A stretch of DNA of 64,000 nt from Giardia intestinalis (taxonomy: Eukaryota). The stretch's first letter is position 1. Each line of letters starts with the position of its first letter. The notes under the pieces were generated by a model. That model did not search any database, was not told where the DNA came from, and worked only from the letters and a program-made list of their open reading frames with translations. Positions 28,535 through 38,214 of this stretch are shown piece by piece. The translations under genes were made by a program, and so were the position numbers. The stretch lies in the NCBI GenBank assembly GCA_000002435.2, contig CM018789.1; one strand, 5' to 3'.

Positions 28535-28572
28535 AGCTGTGAATATTAATTTGTCCTTTACTTACCCGCCAA

Positions 28573-30987
28573 TCAGTCTGCGTTCTCCTGATGATCGTCC
28601 AAGATAGTCAGGATTCGATCTGATTCCGTTTCTTGGAACGCGGTGGGTTGAACTCTACTCAGGATAAGATTGTCCTCAATCCCGTGGATTCTGTGTATGT
28701 ACACATCTCCGTTTTCGTAGCACACTGCAAACACTGGCACATGTTTGTTGCATGAGATAGCGCGGACGGAGATGGTCCTGGCTGCATTGGGGTCCGCGTC
28801 ACCCACTGCGCTGTTATCTGAATCCAGTTCTGTCGATTCCTCCTCAAGGTTGCTCCGCTGCTGTGTGTCTAGTGCAACGATTGGATCCAACACTAAAACA
28901 GGGGCAACTGAGGTGTCTGCGATATCCCAAATTTCCACTGAGCCTGCACGTGTACCACTTATTAAGCACGTAGATTTGAAGGGGCACCAGACGGCGGTAT
29001 ACACATGGTCGCCGGCCGTTGATTTAAGCGTCAAAAGAGCCGTAGGGGAGTCTACGTGCCAAATTTTGATTGACCTATCTGCCGATGCAGATAAGAAGAT
29101 GGTGGGGGCAGTAGGGTTTGCCTGAACCTTATAGATAGATGACAGATGGCCCGAGTAATTCATGAGGGTTTGCTCTGTGTATGCTCTGGATGCCTTGCGG
29201 ATCACGCCGTCGTCGCCTGAGACAAGGTAGTTTGTTCCATCACTTAAGAAACAGCTGCTGAGCGCAGAGCTTATCTTTCTTACAATGGTCATCCGCGTGT
29301 CGGCCTTAGACTTCTGGTCCACCTTCGTGGCCACTGGATGGTGCCCAACAGAGGTAAGCGTTAAGATATCTCGATGCTCAAAACTCCTCTTAAGACTGCG
29401 CTCCACAATCCGACCATCTGCAGCTGCGGATAGCAAGATATCATAGTCTGGAAGTCCTGATCCCTTTTCACCATCGTCTCCATCCACTTCTCTATTCAGG
29501 GACATCCCTGCACCTCCACCACCATTTGTGCTGGCCCAGATAACATCCCACACTCGCGATGTGTGCTTTCCGTTCGCGCTAGTAGACGTCAAAAGAGGCA
29601 TAACAAACCCTGCACTGTCGAGCTGGACCACCTCTTCCCTAAGGTCGAAGAGGCTGACGGCTCCATCAGTGAAGCCTACAGCGATAATTGATTTACCGAG
29701 GGGATACCAGGAGACGGCTGTCGGCTCACTTCTAGTATAAAGTATACGATTTGGATAAAAGGGGTTCTCTGGAATCCAAAGAACTATCGCGCCATAGTTC
29801 TCATCAAGGCCAGAACCAGCGTAGCCAACTATTAGCAGCCGCTCGTCTGCCGGGCAAAACTCGCAACAAACTGCACTCATCCCTCGAAGGACATCAGCGC
29901 GGTATGTCCACAGATGCTCTGTCCGGAGCCGTGACTCTGGTGATACAGCATTGGGCTTTTTCTCATCTCTGTCTTCCTCATCATCAATGCTATCGTCTCG
30001 CTTTAGCTGCTTTTTCTCCCATCCCTGGGAACTCTCCGCACTAGTGGAGGCCTCTGAACCTTCAGACAACTCATTGCTATTGTCCTGGTCAATACCCTCC
30101 ACAGAAAACTCTGCACGAAGGCGATTCTGATAGTTAATTGTGGGGTTATAAACGACATCTGCCGCTCTGTACAGGCTTACCCATGGGAATAATGGGTTTT
30201 GTAAGCAGAGAAGCTCAGCCAGATGTATCGCTCTCTTGAAGCCAGCATCGTTGAAGACCTTGTCTGCAATCTGGGCTATCTTCTTCTGACGGAGACGGTC
30301 GTCCATTCCCCGGTCTGTTTGGATGGAGGAGTGCATTGAGTTGGTTGCGGTTTCTTGAGTTGCGGCGGTGTATGCCGTTCCTGCATCTGAGACGGTGTCA
30401 TCGTTAGTGTAGACAGTCCCCGCATCTGATAACTTATCATCTTCCTGCATATTTCCTGTGCGCCTTTCTGTTCGACGAGCAGATTCTGCGGTAAAGTCGT
30501 CAGCACGTTCATCACCCAAATTGAGGGTTGACTGCTGCAGATTGTTCAGGTCTTCGTCTACACCTTGAACGATGGTATCATAAATGTCTGTGAAAGCCGC
30601 CTCCACCGCACAATCTGTGTGGGTTACAAGAGCGGTTGTAGTGAGCTTGGATTTGAGGAAAGGGGGAACCGTTTGGACCCCTGCTTCACACGTTGTGGTA
30701 GAATCCTCGTATCGTGCACAAGCAGATGCATATTCATTGTTACGGCGTTTAATAATGACTGCCTCGTTTGAATCTTGCGAGAAGACTCGGGGCTTTTGGG
30801 AGAAGACAATATTTGTGGCTGTGGGTGTAAGCAGAACCGTCTCTGCGGCGTCCGGATTGGGGATAAAAAGTTGCCCTCTATAGACAGAAACCTGTATGAC
30901 TCGGGCATCAGATAGCCTTTCCTTCGCCTTTGCTGCCTCATCGAGGTCATCAAGGTCTGAAAAAGAACGGCTGAAAGACTCTGCCAT
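28573..30987 (-). CDS. WD40-repeat protein, possible axonemal dynein intermediate-chain-like
   Basis: C-terminal half carries WD-like units (LLIVGYAGSG...IVLW, VWDVIW, SADRSIKIWHV, GSVEIWDI). The N-terminal roughly 330 aa is acidic and non-repeat, as in dynein intermediate chains. Product call is inference only. Confidence 0.65.
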   Translation of the reverse strand: MAESFSRSFSDLDDLDEAAKAKERLSDARVIQVSVYRGQLFIPNPDAAETVLLTPTATNIVFSQKPRVFSQDSNEAVIIKRRNNEYASACARYEDSTTTCEAGVQTVPPFLKSKLTTTALVTHTDCAVEAAFTDIYDTIVQGVDEDLNNLQQSTLNLGDERADDFTAESARRTERRTGNMQEDDKLSDAGTVYTNDDTVSDAGTAYTAATQETATNSMHSSIQTDRGMDDRLRQKKIAQIADKVFNDAGFKRAIHLAELLCLQNPLFPWVSLYRAADVVYNPTINYQNRLRAEFSVEGIDQDNSNELSEGSEASTSAESSQGWEKKQLKRDDSIDDEEDRDEKKPNAVSPESRLRTEHLWTYRADVLRGMSAVCCEFCPADERLLIVGYAGSGLDENYGAIVLWIPENPFYPNRILYTRSEPTAVSWYPLGKSIIAVGFTDGAVSLFDLREEVVQLDSAGFVMPLLTSTSANGKHTSRVWDVIWASTNGGGGAGMSLNREVDGDDGEKGSGLPDYDILLSAAADGRIVERSLKRSFEHRDILTLTSVGHHPVATKVDQKSKADTRMTIVRKISSALSSCFLSDGTNYLVSGDDGVIRKASRAYTEQTLMNYSGHLSSIYKVQANPTAPTIFLSASADRSIKIWHVDSPTALLTLKSTAGDHVYTAVWCPFKSTCLISGTRAGSVEIWDIADTSVAPVLVLDPIVALDTQQRSNLEEESTELDSDNSAVGDADPNAARTISVRAISCNKHVPVFAVCYENGDVYIHRIHGIEDNLILSRVQPTAFQETESDRILTILDDHQENAD

Positions 30988-31115
30988 TTTGGAGCAGCGG
31001 GCTTCGACAAATCACAAGGTTTTTTGGGATAAGTTGCACACCTCTAGGCTCAGCACCAAAATACGCGCCTCAGAAGGCGGCAAGCCGATCACGTAGGCGA
31101 TTAAAAGGCTCTAGT

Positions 31116-31122
31116 ATTTACT
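31116..31122 (-). terminator. putative Giardia polyadenylation signal AGTAAAT (AGTRAAY) downstream of eIF4A stop
   Basis: Reverse complement of atttact at 31116-31122, 21-27 nt 3' of the TAA (31143-31145). Confidence 0.6.
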
Positions 31123-31142
31123 TGGATCTGAAAATCCCTGAA

Positions 31143-32318
31143 TTAAAAGAGGCTGCTGAGGTCCTCGGGAAGGTTTTCAGTCGTGACGTTGAACTTATCA
31201 GTGATTGCCTGCATGCTCTGCTTATCCTTGTCTGTTACAAAATTGATAGCAACACCCTTTCTTCCGAAGCGCCCAGACCTGCCGATACGGTGCAGGTACG
31301 TCTCGGGCTCTCTTGGTATGTCATAGTTGATTACCAGGGAGACGTTCTGAACATCAATACCACGTGCAATGATATTAGTAGCGATGAGGATGCGCGTCTG
31401 GCCAGAGCGGAACTCTCCCATAATCTTATTGCGCTCGGCCTGGTCAAGCTCGGAGTGAATACAGGAGAGCGTGTGACCAGCACTCTTCAGCTTCTCTGCG
31501 AGCTCCTTCACGCGCCCAATGGAATTACAAAAGATAACGCCCTGCTGTACGCTCAGAACTTTGTATATGTCCTCGACAACCTCTGTCTTCCAGGCGTCCT
31601 GCAGCTCGACCACATACTGCCTGATCCCGTCGAGGGTGAGCTCAGCCTCCTTGACGAGGATGCTCACGGGATCCCTCATGAATTGCCTGGTCAGCTCGAG
31701 GATCTCGGGGGGAAGCGTGGCCGAGACAAGCACGATCTGAATGTCGGCATTCATGAACTTCATGATCGAGACTATCTGCTCAGTGAACCCCCTGGATAGC
31801 ATCTCGTCGGCCTCATCAAGGACCACCATCTTCACATTGGAGGTAGTCACGTATTTTTTCTGTAGGAGAGAAAGAAGTCGGCCTGGTGTCGCGACAATCA
31901 GATGGCACGACTGCGCAGCCGCAATGTCATCGTCGACCTGTGTGCCTCCAATGCACTGGGCAACCTGGACCTTGAGGCGAGACCCAATTCCGTCGACAAC
32001 CTTCAACGTCTGAAGCGCAAGCTCACGAGTGGGGGAGAGAATAATGGCCTGAGGCGACTTGAGCCCGATGTCAATTCGCTGGAGCATGCCAATTGTGAAT
32101 GCTGCCGTTTTGCCCGTCCCAGACTGCGCTTGGGCGATTGTATCCTTTCCAGAGATGATGGGAACAATCGCCTGGGACTGAATAGCAGACGGTATCTTAT
32201 AGCCATAGGTAAAAATGCCGAACAGGAGATCCGGATGAAGGTTCATGTCGTCAAACTTTTCATAGCTCTTCAAGTCCGGTGTCTGTGCTATCTCTGCTCT
32301 GTTGGTGCTGTCCTCCAT
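31143..32318 (-). CDS. EIF4A: DEAD-box ATP-dependent RNA helicase, translation initiation factor eIF4A
   Basis: All helicase motifs are present: Q motif FxxxGFxxPSAIQ, AQSGTGKT (I), PTRELA (Ia), DEAD (II), SAT (III), FCNS, ARGID (V) and HRIGRSGRFG (VI). Length 391 aa is typical of eIF4A. Confidence 0.92.
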   Translation of the reverse strand: MEDSTNRAEIAQTPDLKSYEKFDDMNLHPDLLFGIFTYGYKIPSAIQSQAIVPIISGKDTIAQAQSGTGKTAAFTIGMLQRIDIGLKSPQAIILSPTRELALQTLKVVDGIGSRLKVQVAQCIGGTQVDDDIAAAQSCHLIVATPGRLLSLLQKKYVTTSNVKMVVLDEADEMLSRGFTEQIVSIMKFMNADIQIVLVSATLPPEILELTRQFMRDPVSILVKEAELTLDGIRQYVVELQDAWKTEVVEDIYKVLSVQQGVIFCNSIGRVKELAEKLKSAGHTLSCIHSELDQAERNKIMGEFRSGQTRILIATNIIARGIDVQNVSLVINYDIPREPETYLHRIGRSGRFGRKGVAINFVTDKDKQSMQAITDKFNVTTENLPEDLSSLF

Positions 32319-32522
32319 AAAGGTTGATTTATTTGATCATTAACTGAAAAAAACACAATTCAAATTTAAATTAGTTAGGTAAACAATCGGAGCCTCCGAA
32401 GCCCATGAACTGCGCTGAGCTGCACAAACTGGACCCTCTTTTATAGTCCACACAGATCACAGCCATTTAAATCACAGCCACTTAACTTTGGTTTCAATCC
32501 GCTGATAGCCACAACAATTAAA

Positions 32523-33119
32523 ATGTCTTTTGAGAAGCGTGTTAACGACTTGTTGGAGGAGAACAGCATACTACGCACGTATATTGCAGAAATAGAGCTG
32601 GAGCGAGAACACTGGACAGAAGAGAGCCTCCGAGCCCTTAACGAGAAGCTTGACCGGTACATTCTAAGGTTGCGTGGTGTTCCTCCTGAAGAGCTGGCGG
32701 TTGAAAAGCAGCGCATCCTGGCATCACAGGAAACGGTCGAAGAGCTACGCAATCATGTACATATGCTCGCAGAGACGGTGTCCCAGTTAAAAGCACTTAG
32801 ATTTGAGTATCTGACAAAGGAGCAATTACGCAAGCTCTTGGTTGTTAGGGATACGTCACTTCAAGCGGAGAATAAGATCCTAAAGACCCAACTGCGGGAA
32901 GCCCTTCTACGGATTTCTCAATTAGAGGCAGAAGAATCGAAGTACAAGGTGCTCCAGAGTAGGGTGGGCCTTTCCTCAACTAACTTTCTCTTCCCAGACC
33001 AGACCGATGCCACGGGCAACCTGGTGTCGGACTCTGAGCTTCGCACAGAAACAGAAAGTCTTACATTAAAGACCATACAGAGTAGTGCCGGAAGCAGCCT
33101 AGATGGTGCTGTTCATTAA
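32523..33119 (+). CDS. small coiled-coil protein (198 aa), hypothetical
   Basis: ATG 32523 after AT-rich CAACAATTAAA; heptad-rich throughout. Confidence 0.5.
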   Translation: MSFEKRVNDLLEENSILRTYIAEIELEREHWTEESLRALNEKLDRYILRLRGVPPEELAVEKQRILASQETVEELRNHVHMLAETVSQLKALRFEYLTKEQLRKLLVVRDTSLQAENKILKTQLREALLRISQLEAEESKYKVLQSRVGLSSTNFLFPDQTDATGNLVSDSELRTETESLTLKTIQSSAGSSLDGAVH

Positions 33120-33152
33120 TAAGCGGCTGTGAAAGCAAGCACAGACTTGTTA

Positions 33153-36100
33153 CTATTTACTGCTACCAGTGTCAGATTGCCGGCCTATATTCGGTGGGGT
33201 CCTTGCGCGTGCCTTCGTCAACTGGTCCTCTAAGTCTACGATGGTGGCCTGTTGTTGCTGTACTCTTGATGCCAACGTTTTGCTTTCCGTGAATAGCCGG
33301 TGCATGGAATCGTCGGTACGACTTATCTGTCTCCTAAGGTCATCGTTTTCGGCCCGTGCTTCTTGAAGGCTGCTCTCCAGAGTCGTTGCTAACTCCCTTA
33401 CCGCACTGGACTCTTGGCTAATCCTTGCGATCTCCTCATTTAAAGCCTGTATAGTGTTCTTATCTGCTTGTTGCATTTCTTGGAGATTAGCCAGCTCGGT
33501 CCTGAGTCTCTCGTTTTCTTGAGTTGTAGCACCACCCTTCTGTGCAGTGGATGAGTCAACCGCTGAAACTGAGGAGAGGATGCTCTGAGTATTCATCGAT
33601 TGACGCAGCTGCTCATTTTTGTATAGCAGCTTTTCAATCTGTCGCGTTCCATTGTGTGCGGTTTCTGTCAGAAGATTTAGATCTTGTCGCAAGTTCCTGT
33701 TCTCCTCGTTGAGCTTCTCTATCATGGACAAGGCATCCATATGTGCAGATGAAAGGTCTTTAAGCTGATCCTGCAGCAGGGTGTTTTCTGATCGGAGATC
33801 CACCTCTAGAGATCCTAGTTTGTGTTCCAGGTTCCTTGCTTCCTTGATTTTTTCCCTAGCTGCAGTTAACTCGTCTGTAGATTGCTGGGACTGTCGCTGC
33901 TGATTTTCACGCAGATACTCGGTTTCTTCTTGCAACCTTTTAAGAGATGCGTTAGCTACTTCCAACTGTTGTAGTAAATCAGTCCTGGTATTGGTAAGCT
34001 CGAAGATTTCCTTCTTCAGATCAGACAGTGTGACGTTCAAAATGTCTATTTGTGTCCTTTTCTCAGTTAATTGAGCAGTTAGATCAGCAGTCTCAGATGC
34101 ACTGTTAGCGAGAAGGCGTTCAAGATTGAGAATTTTGACTTTGAGCTGCGCATTTTCTCTGCCCAGCTCTTCCTTACAAGCCACACCTGTCTCCGCGTCT
34201 TCTTCCCTCTTTGCCAACATTGCCTGCTGGGCCGTCATTATTTGCCGGAGCTGCTTTTGGAGAGCAGCCGTCTCAGCAGATGAATGAGCTAAGGAGTCCT
34301 GAGTCTCCTTTAATCGCGCTTCTAGGTCAGCCTTTTCGGCCACGTGCTGCTGCCGCTCAGTCTGTAATTGAAGGAGTTTTGCAGATAGCTCATTATTCTG
34401 TTTGATCAATTCCATGCTTTCCCTAGACGGCTCACTAGAGAGAACGCCAAGTTGAGGAGACACAGAATGTGTGGGGGATTGTGAGGCAGAGTGCTTGTTA
34501 CTGGCAGAGCGCATACTGGTTTTTATCTCCAGGAGCGTCGTTTGAGCCAATTGCAGCTCGCCCCGCAGCTGCGTGTTTTCTAGTGTAAGCCGCTTAGCAA
34601 GAGATTCGTCTGTGGATGCTTTTGCTTCTATTTCACCCAATCTGTTCTTTAGAATGCTGTTTGTCTCTGTCAGCTCCTTACATTTTTCGTCAGCTTCTGT
34701 CAGTCTTTTTTGCGTCAATGAAAGTGAGGCAATTGTCTCCGAATAGTTTTTCTTCTCTGTTTCAAACAATGACTTAAGAGACGTGTGTTCCTGAAGTAAC
34801 CCTTCATAACGTGCCTGCACCTGCATGAGTTCCTTTTCTCGGCCCTGTGATGTGGTTTCGTTTACGGCCAAATCTGTTTGAAGGCTTGTGATCAATCCGC
34901 TACTCTTTATTATTGATGCATTTTGAGTGGTAAGCTTATTCTGCAAGAGGCTGATCTCCTCCTGCTTCGATGTCAGAGTCTCCGTTAACAGCTTGTTTTC
35001 AGCTTCGTAGTTTTTCAGCGTACGCTCCAGAGCCTCTTTCAGTTCAGCCTGAAGGGCTGTTTCATGTTTCGAGGAGCCTAGTTTTATGTTCATTTCACTC
35101 AGCTGAGCTTCGTAGCTCACTAGTTGATCTTTATAGGCCTCTAACCTGCTTTCGAGATCCTTTATTAGGCGCTTTTGCCTAGCCAGATCTTCCTCAGTGG
35201 TAGTATGCTTTTCCTGCAAAGATCGTGTCTGCTCAAGGTTGTCCCGTTTCTCTCTATGCAAGGCTTCGTTAAGCTCCTTCATAGAGCTATACTGAGAAGA
35301 CAACTCCTCACAAGTCATTTCCTTTTCCTTATACTTTCGAGAAATCTCTGCAGTAGTGGCCTCCAACTCTTGTAGCTGACTCTTAAGTCTTGCATTTTCT
35401 TCGCGCAAAATTGCATCCGGCATGGATGCTTTACCCTGGCGAATGGTCTTCTCTGTTATTTGTGAAAGAAGATCGTCAATATCTTCTGGGGATCTACTCC
35501 TAGCGTCAACCTTGAAGGATTTCAGCCTTTTCAAAGTTCCTTCAATCATGAGTATGAATTGATCATACAATATCTGCTGCTGGGTACGGTTTCTCTCCAA
35601 TACTAACTCTGCTGTGCATTTATCTAGCCATGATTGAGCAGTGTCAAGTGTGCTGTCTTGGCTCTCCTGTTCCTGCTCATCGTTCAACCTTTGATGCGCA
35701 GGAACAGAGGGCTGATTACTGGAGTATTGAAAATGAAGACTCTGGGGAGTGTAGATTGCCGGAGATTTCGATCTTGATGGACACCTTTGGGCGGAGATGG
35801 AGCCAGTACCAGGGCGGAGAGCTGGTTTGGTGGATACAAGATGGCTGACGCTGAGTTTGCTACTTGACGTGTCGCCAGAGGTACCAGATGCAAACCGAAC
35901 ACCAGGGGATGTCCGGGAGCGACTGTGGCTATGACTGCCTGGCCTGGAGATATGTGCACCATACACTGGATCAGTAGGCGTATAGTTTGGTGTAAGGTCT
36001 TGTGTCGATTGATGCCACTCTGTAGGACCGCTTGTCTGCTGGCCAAGATGTGTCTTGCACTGAGTAGATAGTGAAAGATAATCTGGTACGTCCAGAGCGC

Positions 36101-36617
36101 CTCTCGCACCCGGATATTGGCGTGGAACAGAAAATCCAAAGCGGCGCTCCACAAATGTGGTTATTGTGGTTGTTAAAATTCTATCTTGAATGGCCCAATC
36201 TTCCGTGAAGATGTCTCCGTTGAAGTACAAATTGGGGTCGTACTGGCCCAAAAGATCGCAATACAGGCCAATAATAGCTTTATAGATGGCTAGCAGAGTT
36301 GTCAGTGGCTGAAAGCGCAAAATTCTAGCGACAAAATCCGCTACAATCCTCAGCCCCTCCTGAAAGAAAGACGAGGTCATGGACGGACGAAGACACTGCA
36401 TGAGGTTATCATAAGAAATGCTAAAGATCATTAAGTTGTGAAGCATCTGCCCGATCTTGTCTGGCAGCTGTCCTGTTCGTACAGACTGCTCCGAAATAAT
36501 GTGACTAAAGTCATGATACTCGATGAGTCTTGCACCCACTAGAAATGCTATTCCATTGGAAATAGCTATACTTTGCGCTAGATCATTTATCAGTGCTTCT
36601 CGATTTCGTGCTTCCAT
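33153..36617 (-). CDS. large coiled-coil protein (1154 aa) with roughly 330-aa N-terminal globular region
   Basis: Continuous ORF with ATG at 36615-36617. Residues from about 330 onward are heptad-rich with E/K/L/Q periodicity throughout. Confidence 0.75.
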   Translation of the reverse strand: MEARNREALINDLAQSIAISNGIAFLVGARLIEYHDFSHIISEQSVRTGQLPDKIGQMLHNLMIFSISYDNLMQCLRPSMTSSFFQEGLRIVADFVARILRFQPLTTLLAIYKAIIGLYCDLLGQYDPNLYFNGDIFTEDWAIQDRILTTTITTFVERRFGFSVPRQYPGARGALDVPDYLSLSTQCKTHLGQQTSGPTEWHQSTQDLTPNYTPTDPVYGAHISRPGSHSHSRSRTSPGVRFASGTSGDTSSSKLSVSHLVSTKPALRPGTGSISAQRCPSRSKSPAIYTPQSLHFQYSSNQPSVPAHQRLNDEQEQESQDSTLDTAQSWLDKCTAELVLERNRTQQQILYDQFILMIEGTLKRLKSFKVDARSRSPEDIDDLLSQITEKTIRQGKASMPDAILREENARLKSQLQELEATTAEISRKYKEKEMTCEELSSQYSSMKELNEALHREKRDNLEQTRSLQEKHTTTEEDLARQKRLIKDLESRLEAYKDQLVSYEAQLSEMNIKLGSSKHETALQAELKEALERTLKNYEAENKLLTETLTSKQEEISLLQNKLTTQNASIIKSSGLITSLQTDLAVNETTSQGREKELMQVQARYEGLLQEHTSLKSLFETEKKNYSETIASLSLTQKRLTEADEKCKELTETNSILKNRLGEIEAKASTDESLAKRLTLENTQLRGELQLAQTTLLEIKTSMRSASNKHSASQSPTHSVSPQLGVLSSEPSRESMELIKQNNELSAKLLQLQTERQQHVAEKADLEARLKETQDSLAHSSAETAALQKQLRQIMTAQQAMLAKREEDAETGVACKEELGRENAQLKVKILNLERLLANSASETADLTAQLTEKRTQIDILNVTLSDLKKEIFELTNTRTDLLQQLEVANASLKRLQEETEYLRENQQRQSQQSTDELTAAREKIKEARNLEHKLGSLEVDLRSENTLLQDQLKDLSSAHMDALSMIEKLNEENRNLRQDLNLLTETAHNGTRQIEKLLYKNEQLRQSMNTQSILSSVSAVDSSTAQKGGATTQENERLRTELANLQEMQQADKNTIQALNEEIARISQESSAVRELATTLESSLQEARAENDDLRRQISRTDDSMHRLFTESKTLASRVQQQQATIVDLEDQLTKARARTPPNIGRQSDTGSSK

Positions 36618-36672
36618 GTCCGCAATCTATGAAATCAAGAGAAGATTTTAAAAACTCAAAAGTGTGGGCTGC

Positions 36673-37581
36673 ATGAGTGACCTGCTTTATAAAGACATCT
36701 CTATGGCCATTGGGATTCTTCTAAATCTGTTACGGATCCTAGAAGGTGGCGAAAACAAGCTCTATGACTTTTGTGACGAACGCTTTGATGCGACGGAATT
36801 TAAGCGACTAACAGACTCTGTTTTAAGGAACCTAACCGCACAGGCAGATGGCTCTTCGCCACACAAATATTCTGAAACGTTTTATATTACGTCCAAAACA
36901 CTTCCAGCTGCCGCTCTCAGTGGCATTATCTACCAACACCCCAAGACGGCTAAGTTTATCTGCAAATCACACTATAAAATTGACAACCCAGATGAGATAC
37001 GGCTACTGTACTCTTTCAATTGCAACATGCTCAGTAGAAATTTAGCCTTGTTTCTTTCCCGGGACTTCCTCGGAGAAATCATTTGTGCGTATTACAATCT
37101 TGGCTCATCTACCCCCGTCGATGTCGATGGCTATCCATCGAAGAAGTTCTTCGTAACCAATGGAATGCTGGCACTTGTTTATGACCGTATCATTTACTGC
37201 ATGGTCAGATGGACCAACTTCACTCATTCTGCAGGAACTGCATGTACCGTGGACAGCATCCCCCAGGCCGAGCACGCCGCAGTCTATGAAATCGTCTCTC
37301 AAGCGCTGCATCATCTTCAGCGTGCGCACAGCATTTCCCACTACTTAGCCAGGTATCCAATTCACTCTAGCACAGAAGTAATAGACTATTTGAAACTTAA
37401 GAAGGAGGAATTAGAGTACTACGAGAAGACGCATCCCCTTTGGGCCGACAATTCAGATAGTCTCAATGTCGGTGCTTTCAACATGCTCTCTGCACGGGTC
37501 ATAGACAGTCCAGAAGCCATGCAAAAGTTCGGAAAGGTCATCGGCAGAGCAGAGGATGCTATGCAGCGAAGACGTAAGTAG
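36673..37581 (+). CDS. hypothetical protein (about 302 aa)
   Basis: Track start 36664 is GTG, so the start was re-set to ATG 36673 (MSDLLYKD...). No domain recognised. Confidence 0.5.
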   Translation: MSDLLYKDISMAIGILLNLLRILEGGENKLYDFCDERFDATEFKRLTDSVLRNLTAQADGSSPHKYSETFYITSKTLPAAALSGIIYQHPKTAKFICKSHYKIDNPDEIRLLYSFNCNMLSRNLALFLSRDFLGEIICAYYNLGSSTPVDVDGYPSKKFFVTNGMLALVYDRIIYCMVRWTNFTHSAGTACTVDSIPQAEHAAVYEIVSQALHHLQRAHSISHYLARYPIHSSTEVIDYLKLKKEELEYYEKTHPLWADNSDSLNVGAFNMLSARVIDSPEAMQKFGKVIGRAEDAMQRRRK

Positions 37582-37652
37582 GCGACTCAGTGTTCTTTCG
37601 GTGTTTCCTCAGTAACCTTGCACTTCCAACTATCTTCACTGGATGCATATAC

Positions 37653-38165
37653 TCACTTCCGCTTCCCCATGTTCTTGAATGCATCCCCGATTTTCTCCAT
37701 TGCAGGCTTCATCTTGTGCGACATGTCTTGAAAGAACTTGCATGATGCTTGGTTTGTCTTGCTGAAGAAGGCCTTAATCTTCTCGGCATCTGTACGTAAA
37801 CGGTCATTGTGTGTCCTTTCCTTTGCCTGTGCACACCCCTTCAAGTTTGAGAAAGGGTCTGAATCGCATTCAGAGTCTGGCATGCGAGAAGTCACGCTCA
37901 AGACAGTCACTGCAACCGGAGTGTTATGCAGCATGCATCCAGAAAGCCTAGAAACAGCGGACTGGGTCCCTTGAACAGTAGCAAGGCAAAATCCCTTTGG
38001 GCAAGTACTGACCGTATGATCTGGAAAGCTGTCTCTACTCGACTTTAGACCAGAAACATCTAAACGGAGTACTTGAAGGTCGTCTTCTGCTTGTTTTAAA
38101 AATTGAATGATGTCTTCCATTTGCGTGTCTGGGTGGAGACCAGTAATCTTCACGGTGATGATCAT
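37653..38165 (-). CDS. small protein with possible RRM-like fold (about 170 aa)
   Basis: The track ORF 37653..38282 would overlap the divergent neighbour. The internal ATG at 38163-38165 (MIITVKITGL...) is preceded by an AT-rich tract. RNP2-like ITVKITG and RNP1-like KGFCLATVQ are spaced as in an RRM; weak. Confidence 0.45.
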   Translation of the reverse strand: MIITVKITGLHPDTQMEDIIQFLKQAEDDLQVLRLDVSGLKSSRDSFPDHTVSTCPKGFCLATVQGTQSAVSRLSGCMLHNTPVAVTVLSVTSRMPDSECDSDPFSNLKGCAQAKERTHNDRLRTDAEKIKAFFSKTNQASCKFFQDMSHKMKPAMEKIGDAFKNMGKRK

Positions 38166-38214
38166 CCTGAACCCCGTCTTCTTTTGCCAAAAGGATTTTT
38201 TTATGTAGAGAAAA
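38166..38214. promoter_or_regulatory. short AT-rich bidirectional initiator region shared by divergent genes
   Basis: A 49-bp spacer (CCTGAACCCCGTCTTCTTTTGCCAAAAGGATTTTTTTATGTAGAGAAAA) lies between ATG 38165 (-) and ATG 38215 (+). Giardia promoters are short AT-rich initiators adjoining the ATG. Confidence 0.4.
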
